A DNA stretch of 64,000 nucleotides from Nemertoderma westbladi (lineage: Eukaryota; Animalia; Xenacoelomorpha): contig JAUCBJ010009066.1 of the NCBI GenBank assembly GCA_032718475.1, positions 17,389 through 81,388 on the forward strand. The letters run 5' to 3'. Below the pieces are notes generated by a model. The model ran no database searches and was not told where the DNA came from. It saw only the letters and a program-made list of their open reading frames with translations. The position numbers and the translations under genes were made by a program. Positions 26,201 to 41,200 of the stretch are shown piece by piece (the first letter of the stretch is position 1; each line of letters opens with the position of its first letter).

Positions 26201-29200
26201 ACTGTTGTAAATGGACCGATATCTTTATTCACCTGGGTATTATATAACTGTTGTAAATGGACCGATATCTTTACTCACCTGGGTATTAACTGTTGTAAAT
26301 GGACCGATATCTTTACTCACCTGGGTATTAACTGTTGCAAATGGACCGATATCTTTACTCACCTGGGTATAACTGTTGTAAATGGACCGATATCTTTACT
26401 CACCTGGGTATTAACTGTTGCAAATGGACCGATATATTTACTCACCTGGGTATTAACTGTTGTAAATGGACCGATATCTTTACTCACCCGGGTATTAACT
26501 GTTGTAAATGGACCGATATCTTTACTCACCTGGGTATTAACTGTTGTAAATTGACCGATATCTTTACTCACCCGGGTATTAACTGTTGTAAATGGACCGA
26601 TATCTTTACTCACCTGGGTATTAACTGTTGTAAATGGACCGATATCTTTATTCACCTGGGTATTAACTGTTGTAAATGGACCGATATCTTTACTCACCTG
26701 GGTATTAACTGTTGTAAATGGACCGATATCTTTACTCACCCGGGTATTAACTGTTGTAAATGGACCGATATCTTTACTCACCTGGGTATTAACTGTTGTA
26801 AATGGACCGATATCTTTATTCACCTGGGTATTATATAACTGTTGTAAATGGACCGATATCTTTACTCACCTGGGTATTAACTGTTGTAAATGGACCGATA
26901 TCTTTACTCACCTGGGTATTAACTGTTGCAAATGGACCGATATCTTTACTCACCTGGGTATAACTGTTGTAAATGGACCGATATCTTTACTCACCTGGGT
27001 ATTAACTGTTGTAAATGGACCGATATATTTACTCACCTGGGTATTAACTGTTGTAAATGGACCGATATCTTTACTCACCCGGGTATTAACTGTTGTAAAT
27101 GGACCGATATCTTTACTCACCTGGGTATTAACTGTTGTAAATTGACCGATATCTTTACTCACCCGGGTATTAACTGTTGTAAATGGACCGATATCTTTAC
27201 TCACCTGGGTATTAACTGTTGTAAATGGACCGATATCTTTATTCACCTGGGTATTAACTGTTGTAAATGGACCGATATCTTTACTCACCTGGGTATTAAC
27301 TGTTGTAAATGGACCGATATCTTTACTCACCCGGGTATTAACTGTTGTAAATGGACCGATATCTTTACTCACCAGGGTATTAACTGTTGAAAATGGACCG
27401 ATATCTTTACTCACCCGGGTATTAACTGTTGTAAATGGACCGATATCTTTACTCACCTGGGTATTAACTGTTGTAAATGGACCGATATCTTTACTCACCT
27501 GGGTATTAACTGTTGTAAATGGACCGATATCTTTACTCACCTGGGTATTAACTGTTGTAAATGGACCGATATCTTTACTCACCTGGGTATTAACTGTTGT
27601 AAATGGACCGATATCTTTATTCACCTGGGTATTAACTGTTGTAAATGGACCGATATCTTTACTCACCTGGGTATTAACTGTTGTAAATTGACCGATATCT
27701 TTACTCACCCGGGTATTAACTGTTGTAAATGGACCGATATATTTACTCACCAGGGTATTAACTGTTGTAAATGGACTGATATCTTTATTCACCTGGGTAT
27801 TATATAACTGTTGTAAATGGACCGATATCTTTACTCACCTGGGTATTAACTGTTGTAAATGGACCGATATCTTTACTCACCTGGGTATTAACTGTTGTAA
27901 ATGGACCGATATCTTTACTCACCTGGGTATTAACTGTTGTAAATTGACCGATATCTTTACTCACCCGGGTATTAACTGTTGTAAATGGACCGGTATCTTT
28001 ACTCACCTGGGTATTAACTGTTGTAAATGGACCGATATCTTTATTCACCTGGGTATTATATAACTGTTGTAAATGGACCGATATCTTTACTCACCTGGGT
28101 ATTAACTGTTGTAAATGGACCGATATCTTTACTCACCTGGGTATTAACTGTTGTAAATGGACCGATATCTTTACTCACCTGGGTATTAACTGTTGTAAAT
28201 GGACCGATATCTTTACTCACCTGGGTATTAACTGTTGTAAATGGACCGATATATTTACTCACCTGGGTATTAACTGTTGTAAATGGACCGATATCTTTAT
28301 TCACCTGGGTATTATATAACTGTTGTAAATGGACCGATATCTTTACTCACCTGGGTGTTAACTGTTGTAAATGGACCGATATCTTTACTCACCTGGGTAT
28401 TAACTGTTGTAAATGGACCGATATCTTTACTCACCTGGGTATTAACTGTTGTAAATGGACCGATATCTTTACTCACCTGGGTATTAACTGTTGTAAATGG
28501 ACCGATATCTTTACTCACCTGGGTATTAACTGTTGTAAATGGATCGATATCTTTACTCACCTGGGTATTAACTGTTGTAAATGGACCGATATCTTTACTC
28601 ACCTGGGTATTACCCCTATTAACTGTTGTAAATGGACCGATATCTTTACTCACCTGGGTATTAACTGTTGTAAATGGACCGATATCTTTACTCACCTGGG
28701 TATTAACTGTTGTAAATGGACCGATATCTTTACTCACCTGGGTATTAACTGTTGTAAATGGACCGATATCTTTACTCACCTGGGTATTAACTGTTGTAAA
28801 TGGACCGATATCTTTACTCACCTGGGTATTAACTGTTGTAAATGGACCGATATCTTTACTCACCTGGGTATTAACTGTTGTAAATGGACCGATATCTTTA
28901 CTCACCTGGGTATTAACTGTTGAAAATGGACCGATATCTTTATTCACCTGGGTATTANNNNNNNNNNNNNNNNNNNNNNNNNNNNNNNNNNNNNNNNNNN
29001 NNNNNNNNNNNNNNNNNNNNNNNNNNNNNNNNNNNNNNNNNNNNNNNNNNNNNNNNNTGCTTTACTCACCTGGGTATTAACTGTTGTAAATGGACCGATA
29101 TCTTTACTCACCTGGGTATTAACTGTTGTAAATGGACCGATATCTTTACTCACCTGGGTATTAACTGTTGTAAATGGACCGATATCTTTACTCACCTGGG

Positions 29201-32200
29201 TATTAACTGTTGTAAATGGACCGATATCTTTACTCACCTGGGTATTAACTGTTGTAAATGGACCTGCTTTACTCACCTGGGTATTAACTGTTGTAAATGG
29301 ACCGATATCTTTACTCACCTGGGTATTAACTGTTGTAAATGGACTAGCTTTACTCACCTGGGTATTAACTGTTGTAAATGGACCAATATCTTTACTCACC
29401 TGGGTATTAACTGTTGTAAATGGACCGATATCTTTACTCACCTGGGTATTAACTGTTGTAAATGGACGTATCTTTACTCACCTGGGTATTAACTGTTGTA
29501 AATGGACCGATATCTTTACTCACCTGGGTATTAACTGTTGTAAATGGACCGATATCTTTACTCACCTGGGTATTAACTGTTGTAAATGGACCGATATCTT
29601 TACTCACCTGGGTATTAACTGTTGTAAATGGACCGATATCTTTACTCACCTGGGTATTAACTGTTGTAAATGGACTGCTTTACTCACCTGGGTATTAACT
29701 GTTGTAAATGGACCGATATCTTTACTCACCTGGGTATTAACTGTTGTAAATGGACCGATATCTTTACTCACCTGGGTATTAACTGTTGTAAATGGACCGA
29801 TATCTTTACTCACCTGGGTATTAACTGTTGTAAATGGACCGATATCTTTACTCACCTGGGTATTAACTGTTGTAAATGGACCGATATCTTTACTCACCTG
29901 GGTATTAACTGTTGTAAATGGACTGCTTTACTCACCTGGGTATTAACTGTTGTAAATGGACCGATATCTTTACTCACCTGGGTATTAACTGTTGTAAATG
30001 GACCGATATCTTTACTCACCTGGGTATTAACTGTTGTAAATGGACCGATATCTTTACTCACCTGGGTATTAACTGTTGTAAATGGACCGATATCTTTACT
30101 CACCAGGGTATTAACTGTTGTAAATGGACCGATATCTTTACTCACCTGGGTATTAACTGTTGTAAATGGACCGATATCTTTACTCACCTGGGTATTAACT
30201 GTTGTAAATGGACCGATATCTTTACTCACCTGGGTATTAACTGTTGTAAATGGACCGATATCTTTACTCACCTGGGTATTAACTGTTGTAAATGGACCGA
30301 TATCTTTACTCACCTGGGTATTAACTGTTGTAAATGGACCGATATCTTTACTCACCTGGGTATTAACTGTTGTAAATGGACCGATATCTTTACTCACCTG
30401 GGTATTAACTGTTGTAAATGGACCGATATCTTTACTCACCTGGGTATTAACTGTTGTAAATGGACCGATATCTTTACTCACCTGGGTATTAACTGTTGTA
30501 AATGGACGTGCTTTACTCACCTGGGTATTAACTGTTGTAAATGGACCGTATCTTTACTCACCTGGGTATTAACTGTTGTAAATGGACTGCTTTACTCACC
30601 TGGGTATTAACTGTTGTAAATGGACCGATATCTTTACTCACCTGGGTATTAACTGTTGTAAATGGACCGATATCTTTACTCACCTGGGTATTAACTGTTG
30701 TAAATGGACCGATATCTTTACTCACCTGGGTATTAACTGTTGTAAATGGACCGATATCTTTACTCACCTGGGTATTAACTGTTGTAAATGGACTGCTTTA
30801 CTCACCTGGGTATTAACTGTTGTAAATGGACCGATATCTTTACTCACCTGGGTATTAACTGTTGTAAATGGACGTAGCTTTACTCACCTGGGTATTAACT
30901 GTTGTAAATGGACCAATATCTTTACTCACCTGGGTATTAACTGTTGTAAATGGACCGATATCTTTACTCACCTGGGTATTAACTGTTGTAAATGGACGAT
31001 GCTTTACTCACCTGGGTATTAACTGTTGTAAATGGACTGCTTTACTCACCTGGGTATTAACTGTTGTAAATGGACCGATATCTTTACTCACCTGGGTATT
31101 AACTGTTGTAAATGGACTGCTTTACTCACCTGGGTATTAACTGTTGTAAATGGACCGATATCTTTACTCACCTGGGTATTAACTGTTGTAAATGGACCGA
31201 TATCTTTACTCACCTGGGTATTAACTGTTGTAAATGGACTGCTTTACTCACCTGGGTATTAACTGTTGTAAATGGACCGATATCTTTACTCACCTGGGTA
31301 TTAACTGTTGTAAATGGACTGCTTTACTCACCTGGGTATTAACTGTTGTAAATGGACCAATATCTTTACTCACCTGGGTATTAACTGTTGTAAATGGACC
31401 GATATCTTTACTCACCTGGGTATTAACTGTTGTAAATGGACTACTTTACTCACCTGGGTATTAACTGTTGTAAATGGACCGATATCTTTACTCACCTGGG
31501 TATTAACTGTTGTAAATGGACCGATATCTTTACTCACCTGGGTATTAACTGTTGAAAATGGACCGATATCTTTACTCACCTGGGTATTAACTGTTGTAAA
31601 TGGACCGATATCTTTACTCACCTGGGTATTAACTGTTGTAAATGGACTGCTTTACTCACCTGGGTATTAACTGTTGTAAATGGACCGATATCTTTACTCA
31701 CCTGGGTATTAACTGTTGTAAATGGACCGATATCTTTACTCACCTGGGTATTAACTGTTGTAAATGGACCGATATCTTTACTCACCTGGGTATTAACTGT
31801 TGTAAATGGACCGATATCTTTACTCACCTGGGTATTAACTGTTGTAAATGGACCGATATCTTTACTCACCTTGGTATTAACTGTTGTAAATGGACGTGCT
31901 TTACTCACCTGGGTATTAACTGTTGTAAATGGACCGATATCTTTACTCACCTGGGTATTAACTGTTGTAAATGGACCGATATCTTTACTCACCTGGGTAT
32001 TAACTGTTGAAAATGGACCGATATCTTTACTCACCTGGGTATTAACTGTTGTAAATGGACCGATATCTTTACTCACCTGGGTATTAACTGTTGTAAATGG
32101 ACCGATATCTTTACTCACCTGGGTATTAACTGTTGAAAATGGACCGATATCTTTACTCACCTGGGTATTAACTGTTGTAAATGGACCGATATCTTTACTC

Positions 32201-35200
32201 ACCTGGGTATTAACTGTTGTAAATGGACCGATATCTTTACTCACCTGGGTATTAACTGTTGTAAATGGACCGATATCTTTACTCACCTGGGTATTAACTG
32301 TTGAAAATGGACCGATATCTTTACTCACCTGGGTATTAACTGTTGTAAATGGACCGATATCTTTACTCACCTGGGTATTAACTGTTGTAAATGGACCGAT
32401 ATCTTTACTCACCTGGGTATTAACTGTTGTAAATGGACCGATATCTTTACTCACCTGGGTATTAACTGTTGTAAATGGACCGATATCTTTACTCACCTGG
32501 GTATTAACTGTTGTAAATGGACCGATATCTTTACTCACCTGGGTATTAACTGTTGTAAATGGACCGATATCTTTACTCACCTGGGTATTAACTGTTGAAA
32601 ATGGACCGATATCTTTACTCACCTGGGTATTAACTGTTGTAAATGGACCGATATCTTTACTCACCTTGGTATTAACTGTTGTAAATGGACTGCTTTACTC
32701 ACCTGGGTATTAACTGTTGTAAATGGACCGATATCTTTACTCACCCGGGTATTAACTGTTGTAAATGGACCGATATCTTTACTCACCTGGGTATTAACTG
32801 TTGTAAATGGACCGATATCTTTACTCACCTGGGTATTAACTGTTGTAAATGGACCGATATCTTTACTCACCTGGGTATTAACTGTTGTAAATGGACTGCT
32901 TTACTCACCTGGGTATTAACTGTTGTAAATGGACCGATATCTTTACTCACCCGGGTATTAACTGTTGTAAATGGACCGATATCTTTACTCACCTGGGTAT
33001 TAACTGTTGTAAATGGACCGATATCTTTACTCACCTGGGTATTAACTGTTGTAAATGGACCGATATCTTTACTCACCTGGGTATTAACTGTTGTAAATGG
33101 ACCGATATCTTTACTCACCTGGGTATTAACTGTTGTAAATGGACCGATATCTTTACTCACCTGGGTATTAACTGTTGTAAATGGACCGATAGCTTTACTC
33201 ACCTCCACCTGGTATTAACTGTTGTAAATGGACCGATATCTTTACTCACCTGGGTATTAACTGTTGTAAATGGACCGATATCTTTACTCACCTGGGTATT
33301 AACTGTTGTAAATGGACCGATATCTTTACTCACCTGGGTATTAACTGTTGTAAATGGACCGATATCTTTACTGCTCACCTGGGTATTAACTGTTGTAAAT
33401 GGACCGATATCTTTACTCACCTGGGTATTAACTGTTGTAAATGGACCGATATCTTTATTCACCTGGGTATTATATAACTGTTGTAAATGGACCGATATCT
33501 TTACTCACCTGGGTATTAACTGTTGTAAATGGACCGATATCTTTACTCACCCGGGTATTAACTGTTGTAAATGGACCGATATCTTTACTCACCTGGGTAT
33601 TAACTGTTGTAAATGGACTACTTTACTCACCTGGGTATTAACTGTTGTAAATGGACCGATATCTTTACTCACCTGGGTATTAACTGTTGTAAATGGACCG
33701 ATATCTTTACTCACCTGGGTATTAACTGTTGTAAATGGACCGATATCTTTACTCACCTGGGTATTAACTGTTGTAAATGGACCGATATCTTTACTCACCT
33801 GGGTATTAACTGTTGTAAATGGACCGTGCTTTACTCACCTGGGTATTAACTGTTGTAAATGGACCGATATCTTTACTCACCTGGGTATTAACTGTTGTAA
33901 ATGGACCGATATCTTTACTCACCTGGGTATTAACTGTTGTAAATGGACCGATATCTTTACTCACCTGGGTATTAACTGTTGTAAATGGACCGATATCTTT
34001 ACTCACCTGGGTATTAACTGTTGTAAATGGACCGATATCTTTACTCACCTGGGTATTAACTGTTGTAAATGGACGTGCTTTACTCACCTGGGTATTAACT
34101 GTTGTAAATGGACCGATATCTTTACTCACCTGGGTATTAACTGTTGTAAATGGACCGATATCTTTACTCACCTGGGTATTAACTGTTGAAAATGGACCGA
34201 TATCTTTACTCACCTGGGTATTAACTGTTGTAAATGGACCGATATCTTTACTCACCTGGGTATTAACTGTTGTAAATGGACCGATATCTTTACTCACCTG
34301 GGTATTAACTGTTGAAAATGGACCGATATCTTTACTCACCTGGGTATTAACTGTTGTAAATGGACCGATATCTTTACTCACCTGGGTATTAACTGTTGTA
34401 AATGGACCGATATCTTTACTCACCTGGGTATTAACTGTTGTAAATGGACCGATATCTTTACTCACCTGGGTATTAACTGTTGTAAATGGACCGATATCTT
34501 TACTCACCTGGGTATTAACTGTTGTAAATGGACCGATATCTTTACTCACCTGGGTATTAACTGTTGTAAATGGACCGATATCTTTACTCACCTGGGTATT
34601 AACTGTTGTAAATGGACCGATATCTTTACTCACCTGGGTATTAACTGTTGTAAATGGACCGATATCTTTACTCACCTGGGTATTAACTGTTGAAAATGGA
34701 CCGATATCTTTACTCACCTGGGTATTAACTGTTGTAAATGGACCGATATCTTTACTCACCTGGGTATTAACTGTTGAAAATGGACCGATATCTTTACTCA
34801 CCTGGGTATTAACTGTTGTAAATGGACCGATATCTTTACTCACCTTGGTATTAACTGTTGTAAATGGACTGCTTTACTCACCTGGGTATTAACTGTTGTA
34901 AATGGACCGATATCTTTACTCACCCGGGTATTAACTGTTGTAAATGGACCGATATCTTTACTCACCTGGGTATTAACTGTTGTAAATGGACCGATATCTT
35001 TACTCACCTGGGTATTAACTGTTGTAAATGGACCGATATCTTTACTCACCTGGGTATTAACTGTTGTAAATGGACGTAGCTTTACTCACCTGGGTATTAA
35101 CTGTTGTAAATGGACCGATATCTTTACTCACCCGGGTATTAACTGTTGTAAATGGACCGATATCTTTACTCACCTGGGTATTAACTGTTGTAAATGGACC

Positions 35201-38200
35201 GATATCTTTACTCACCTGGGTATTAACTGTTGTAAATGGACCGATAGCTTTACTCACCTGGGTATTAACTGTTGTAAATAGACCGATATCTTTACTCACC
35301 TGGGTTTAACTGTTGTAAATGGACCGATATCTTTACTCACCTGGGTATTAACTGTTGTAAATGGACCGATAGCTTTACTCACCTCCACCTGGTATTAACT
35401 GTTGTAAATGGACCGATATCTTTACTCACCTGGGTATTAACTGTTGTAAATGGACCGATATCTTTACTCACCTGGGTATTAACTGTTGTAAATGGACCGA
35501 TATCTTTACTCACCTGGGTATTAACTGTTGTAAATGGACCGATATATTTACTGACTCACCTGGGTATTAACTGTTGTAAATGGACCGATATCTTTACTCA
35601 CCTGGGTATTAACTGTAGTAAATGGACCGATATCTTTATTCACCCGGGTATTATATAACTGTTGTAAATGGACCGATATCTTTACTCACCTGGGTATTAA
35701 CTGTTGTAAATGGACCGATATCTTTATTCACCCGGGTATTATATAACTGTTGTAAATGTACCGATATCTTTACTCACCCGGGTATTATATACTGTTGTAA
35801 ATGGACCGATATCTTTACTCACCCGGGTATTATATAACTGTTGTAAATGGACCGATATCTTTACTCACCCGGGTATTAACTGTTGTAAATGGACCGATAT
35901 CTTTACTCACCTGGGTATTAACTGTTGTAAATGGACCGATATCTTTACTCACCTGGGTATTAACTGTTGTAAATGGACCGATATCTTTACTCACCCGGGT
36001 ATTAACTGTTGTAAATGGACCGATATCTTTACTCACCTGGGTATTAACTGTTGTAAATGGACCGATATCTTTACTCACCCGGGTATTAACTGTTGTAAAT
36101 GGACCGATATCTTTACTCACCTGGGTATTAACTGTTGTAAATGGACCGATATCTTTACTCACCCGGGTATTAACTGTTGTAAATGGACCGATATCTTTAC
36201 TCACCTGGGTATTAACTGTTGTAAATGGACCGATATCTTTACTCACCCGGGTATTAACTGTTGTAAATGGACCGATATCTTTACTCACCTGGGTATTAAC
36301 TGTTGTAAATGGACCGATATCTTTACTCACCCGGGTATTAACTGTTGTAAATGGACCGATATCTTTACTCACCTGGGTATTAACTGTTGTAAATGGACCG
36401 ATATCTTTACTCACCTGGGTATTAACTGTTGTAAATGGACCGATATCTTTACTCACCCGGGTATTAACTGTTGTAAATGGACCGATATCTTTACTCACCT
36501 GGGTATTAACTGTTGTAAATGGACCGATATCTTTACTCACCTGGGTATTAACTGTTGTAAATGGACCGATATCTTTACTCACCTGGGTATTAACTGTTGT
36601 AAATGGACCGATATCTTTACTCACCTGGGTATTAACTGTTGTAAATGGACCGATATCTTTACTCACCCGGGTATTAACTGTTGTAAATGGACCGATATCT
36701 TTACTCACCTGGGTATTAACTGTTGAAAATGGACCGATATCTTTACTCACCTGGGTATTAACTGTTGTAAATGGACCGATATCTTTACTCACCCGGGTAT
36801 TAACTGTTGTAAATGGACCGATATCTTTACTCACCTGGGTATTAACTGTTGTAAATGGACCGATATCTTTACTCACCTGGGTATTAACTGTTGTAAATGG
36901 ACCGATATCTTTACTCACCTGGGTATTAACTGTTGTAAATGGACCGATATCTTTATTCACCTGGGTATTATATAACTGTTGTAAATGGACCGATATCTTT
37001 ACTCACCCGGGTATTAACTGTTGTAAATGGACCGATATCTTTACTCACCTGGGTATTAACTGTTGTAAATGGACCGATATCTTTACTCACCTGGGTATTA
37101 ACTGTTGTAAATGGACCGATATCTTTACTCACCTGGGTATTAACTGTTGTAAATGGACCGATAGGCCTATATTTACTCACCAGGGTATTAACTGTTGAAA
37201 ATGGACCGATATTGATATTTTCCAAATATTTAACTCTCCTGGTGTCTTTCCTAACGATTCCAGGGAAATTTGATTTAAACCTTTTTAAATGAAGGATTAA
37301 CACATTGGGCGGCTGGTGGATGAGCACTCGCTTAGTTGCGTTCACTTTATGGCGACATCTGCGTATAGATTAATAGCGAATAATTAATAATTATTCAAAT
37401 GATAAATTAAATTTAAAAAATTAAATAATACAATGATAGCGTATTGATAAAAACGAATAACTATATGTTAGTCTCGCACTTGTACAATTCAATAATTCAT
37501 TAGGGATGTTACCCCGAGGTATGTTTGTCACGCACCTGTACACTCGAGGTATGTTTGTCACGCACCTGTAACCCCGAGGTATGTTTGTCACGCACCTGTA
37601 CACTCGAGGTATGTTTGTCACGCACCTGTAACCCCGAGGTATGTTTGTCACGCACCTGTAACCCCGAGGTATGTTTGTCACGCACCTGTACATTAGAGGT
37701 ATGTTTGTCACGCACCTGTAACCCCGAGGTATGTTTGTCACGCACCTGTAAACTCGAGGTATGTTTATCACGCACCTGTACATTAGAGGTATGTTTATCA
37801 CGCACCAGTAACCCCCAGGTATGTTTGTCACGCACCTGTAACCCCGAGGTATGTTTGTCACGCACCTGTACATTAGAGGTATGTTTGTCACGCACCTGTA
37901 CATTAGAGGTATGTTTGTCACGCACCTGTAAACTCGAGGTATGTTTGTCACGCACATGTAACCCCGAGGTATGTTTGTCACGCACCTGTAACCCCGAGGT
38001 ATGTTTGTCACGCACCTGTAACCCCGAGGTATGTTTGTCACGCACCTGTACATTAGAGGTATGTTTGTCACGCACCTGTAAACTCGAGGTATGTTTGTCA
38101 CGCACATGTAACCCCGAGGTATGTTTGTCACACACCTGTAACCCCGAGGTATGTTTGTCACGCACCTGTACATTAGAGGTATGTTTGTCACGCACCTGTA

Positions 38201-41200
38201 CATTAGAGGTATGTTTGTCACGCACCTGTAACCCCGAGGTATGTTTGTCACGCACATGTAACCCCGAGGTATGTTTGTCACGCACCTGTAACCCCGAGGT
38301 ATGTTTGTCACGCACCTGTACATTAGATGTATGTTTGTCACGCACCTGTACATTAGAGGTATGTTTGTCACGCACCTGTAAACTCGAGGTATGTTTGTCA
38401 CGCACATGTAACCCCGAGGTATGTTTGTCACGCACCTGTAACCCCGAGGTATGTTTGTCACGCACCTGTAACCCCGAGGTATGTTTGTCACGCACCTGTA
38501 CATTAGAGGTATGTTTGTCACGCACCTGTAAACTCGAGGTATGTTTGTCACGCACATGTAACCCCGAGGTATGTTTGTCACGCACCTGTACATTAGAGGT
38601 ATGTTTGTCACGCACCTGTAACCCCGAGGTATGTTTGTCACGCACATGTAACCCCGAGGTATGTTTGTCACGCACCTGTAACCCCGAGGTATGTTTGTCA
38701 CGCACCTGTACATTAGAGGTATGTTTGTCACGCACCTGTACATTAGAGGTATGTTTGTCACGCACCTGTAAACTCGAGGTATGTTTGTCACGCACATGTA
38801 ACCCCGAGGTATGTTTGTCACGCACCTGTAACCCCGAGGTATGTTTGTCACGCACCTGTAACCCCGAGGTATGTTTGTCACGCACCTGTACATTAGAGGT
38901 ATGTTTGTCACGCACCTGTAAACTCGAGGTATGTTTGTCACGCACATGTAACCCCGAGGTATGTTTGTCACGCACCTGTAACCCCGAGGTATGTTTGTCA
39001 CGCACCTGTACATTAGAGGTATGTTTGTCACGCACCTGTACATTAGAGGTATGTTTGTCACGCACCTGTAACCCCGAGGTATGTTTGTCACGCACATGTA
39101 ACCCCGAGGTATGTTTGTCACGCACCTGTAACCCCGAGGTATGTTTGTCACGCACCTGTACATTAGATGTATGTTTGTCACGCACCTGTACACTCGAGGT
39201 ATGTTTGTCACGCACCTGTAACCCCGAGGTATGTTTGTCACGCACCTGTAACCCCGAGGTATGTTTGTCACGCACCTGTACATTAGAGGTATGTTTGTCA
39301 CGCACCTGTACACTCGCGGTATGTTTGTCACGCACCTGTAAACTCGAGGTATGTTTATCACGCACCTGTACATTAGAGGTATGTTTATCACGCACCAGTA
39401 ACCCCCAGGTATGTTTGTCACGCACCTGTAACCCCGAGGTATGTTTGTCACGCACCTGTACATTAGAGGTATGTTTGTCACGCACCTGTACATTAGAGGT
39501 ATGTTTGTCACGCACCTGTAAACTCGAGGTATGTTTATCACGCACCTGTACATTAGAGGTATGTTTATCACGCACCAGTAACCCCCAGGTATGTTTGTCA
39601 CGCACATGTAACCCCGAGGTATGTTTGTCACGCACCTGTACACTCGAGGTATGTTTGTCACGCACCTGTACACTCGAGGTATGTTTGTCATGCACCAGTA
39701 ACCCCAGGTATGTTTGTCACGCACCAGTAACCCCCAGGTATGTTTGCCACGCACATGTCACACTGAGGTATGTTTGTCACGCACCAGTAACCCCCAGGTA
39801 TGTTTGTCACGCACCAGTTACCCCCAGGTATGTTTGTCACGCACCAGTAACCCCCAGGTATGTTTGCCACGCACATGTCACACTGAGGTATGTTTGTCAC
39901 GCACCTGTTACCCCCAGGTATGTTTGTCACGCACCTGTTACCCCCAGGTATGTTTGTCACGCACCAGTAACCCCCAGGTATGTTTGTCACGCACCTGTTA
40001 CCCCCAGGTATGTTTGTCACGCACCAGTAACCCCCAGGTATGTTTGTCACGCACCTGTTACCCCCAGGTATGTTTGTCACGCACCAGTAACCCCCAGGTA
40101 TGTTTGTCACGCACCAGTTACCCCCAGGTATGTTTGTCACGCACCAGTAACCCCCAGGTATGTTTGCCACGCACATGTCACACTGAGGTATGTTTGTCAC
40201 GCACCTGTTACCCCCAGGTATGTTTGTCACGCACCTGTTACCCCCAGGTATGTTTGTCACGCACCAGTAACCCCCAGGTATGTTTGTCACGCCCCTGTTA
40301 CCCCCAGGTATGTTTGTCACGTACCAGTAACCCCCAGGTATGTTTGTCACGCACCTGTTACCCCCAGGTATGTTTGTCACGCACCAGTAACCCCCAGGTA
40401 TGTTTGTCACGCACCTGTTACCCCCAGGTATGTTTGTCACGCACCAGTAACCCCCAGGTATGTTTGTCACGCACCTGTTACCCCCAGGTATGTTTGTCAC
40501 GCACCAGTAACCCCCAGGTATGTTTGTCACGCACCTGTTACCCCCAGGTATGTTTGTCACGCACCAGTAACCCCCAGGTATGTTTGTCACGCACCTGTTA
40601 CCCCCAGGTATGTTTGTCACGCACCAGTAACCCCCAGGTATGTTTGTCACGCACCTGTTACCCCCAGGTATGTTTGTCACGCACCAGTAACCCCCAGGTA
40701 TGTTTGTCACGCACCAGTAACCACCAGGTATGTTTGTCACGCACCTGTTACCCCCAGGTATGTTTGTCACGCACCAGTAACCCCCAGGTATGTTTGTCAC
40801 GCACCTGTTACCCCCAGGTATGTTTGTCACGCACCAGTAACCCCCAGGTATGTTTGTCACGCACCTGTTACCCCCAGGTATGTTTGTCACGCACCTGTTA
40901 CCCCCAGGTATGTTTGTCACGCACCTGTTACCCCCAGGTATGTTTGTCACGCACCAGTAACCCCCAGGTATGTTTGTCACGCACCTGTTACCCCCAGGTA
41001 TGTTTGTCACGCACCAGTAACCCCCAGGTATGTTTGTCACGCACCTGTTACCCCCAGGTATGTTTGTCACGCACCAGTAACCCCCAGGTATGTTTGTCAC
41101 GCACCAGTTACCCCCAGGTATGTTTGTCACGCACCTGTTACCCCCAGGTATGTTTGTCACGCACCAGTAACCCCCAGGTATGTTTGTCACGCACCTGTTA

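Noticed and set aside
15082-37292. Dozens of ORFs (MDRYLYSPGY.., NCCKWTDIFTHLG.., VSKDIGPFTTVNTQ..)
   Set aside because: Stop-free frames of a 42-bp repeat on both strands, broken at random by indel variants. Only the exon-proximal minus frame is relevant.
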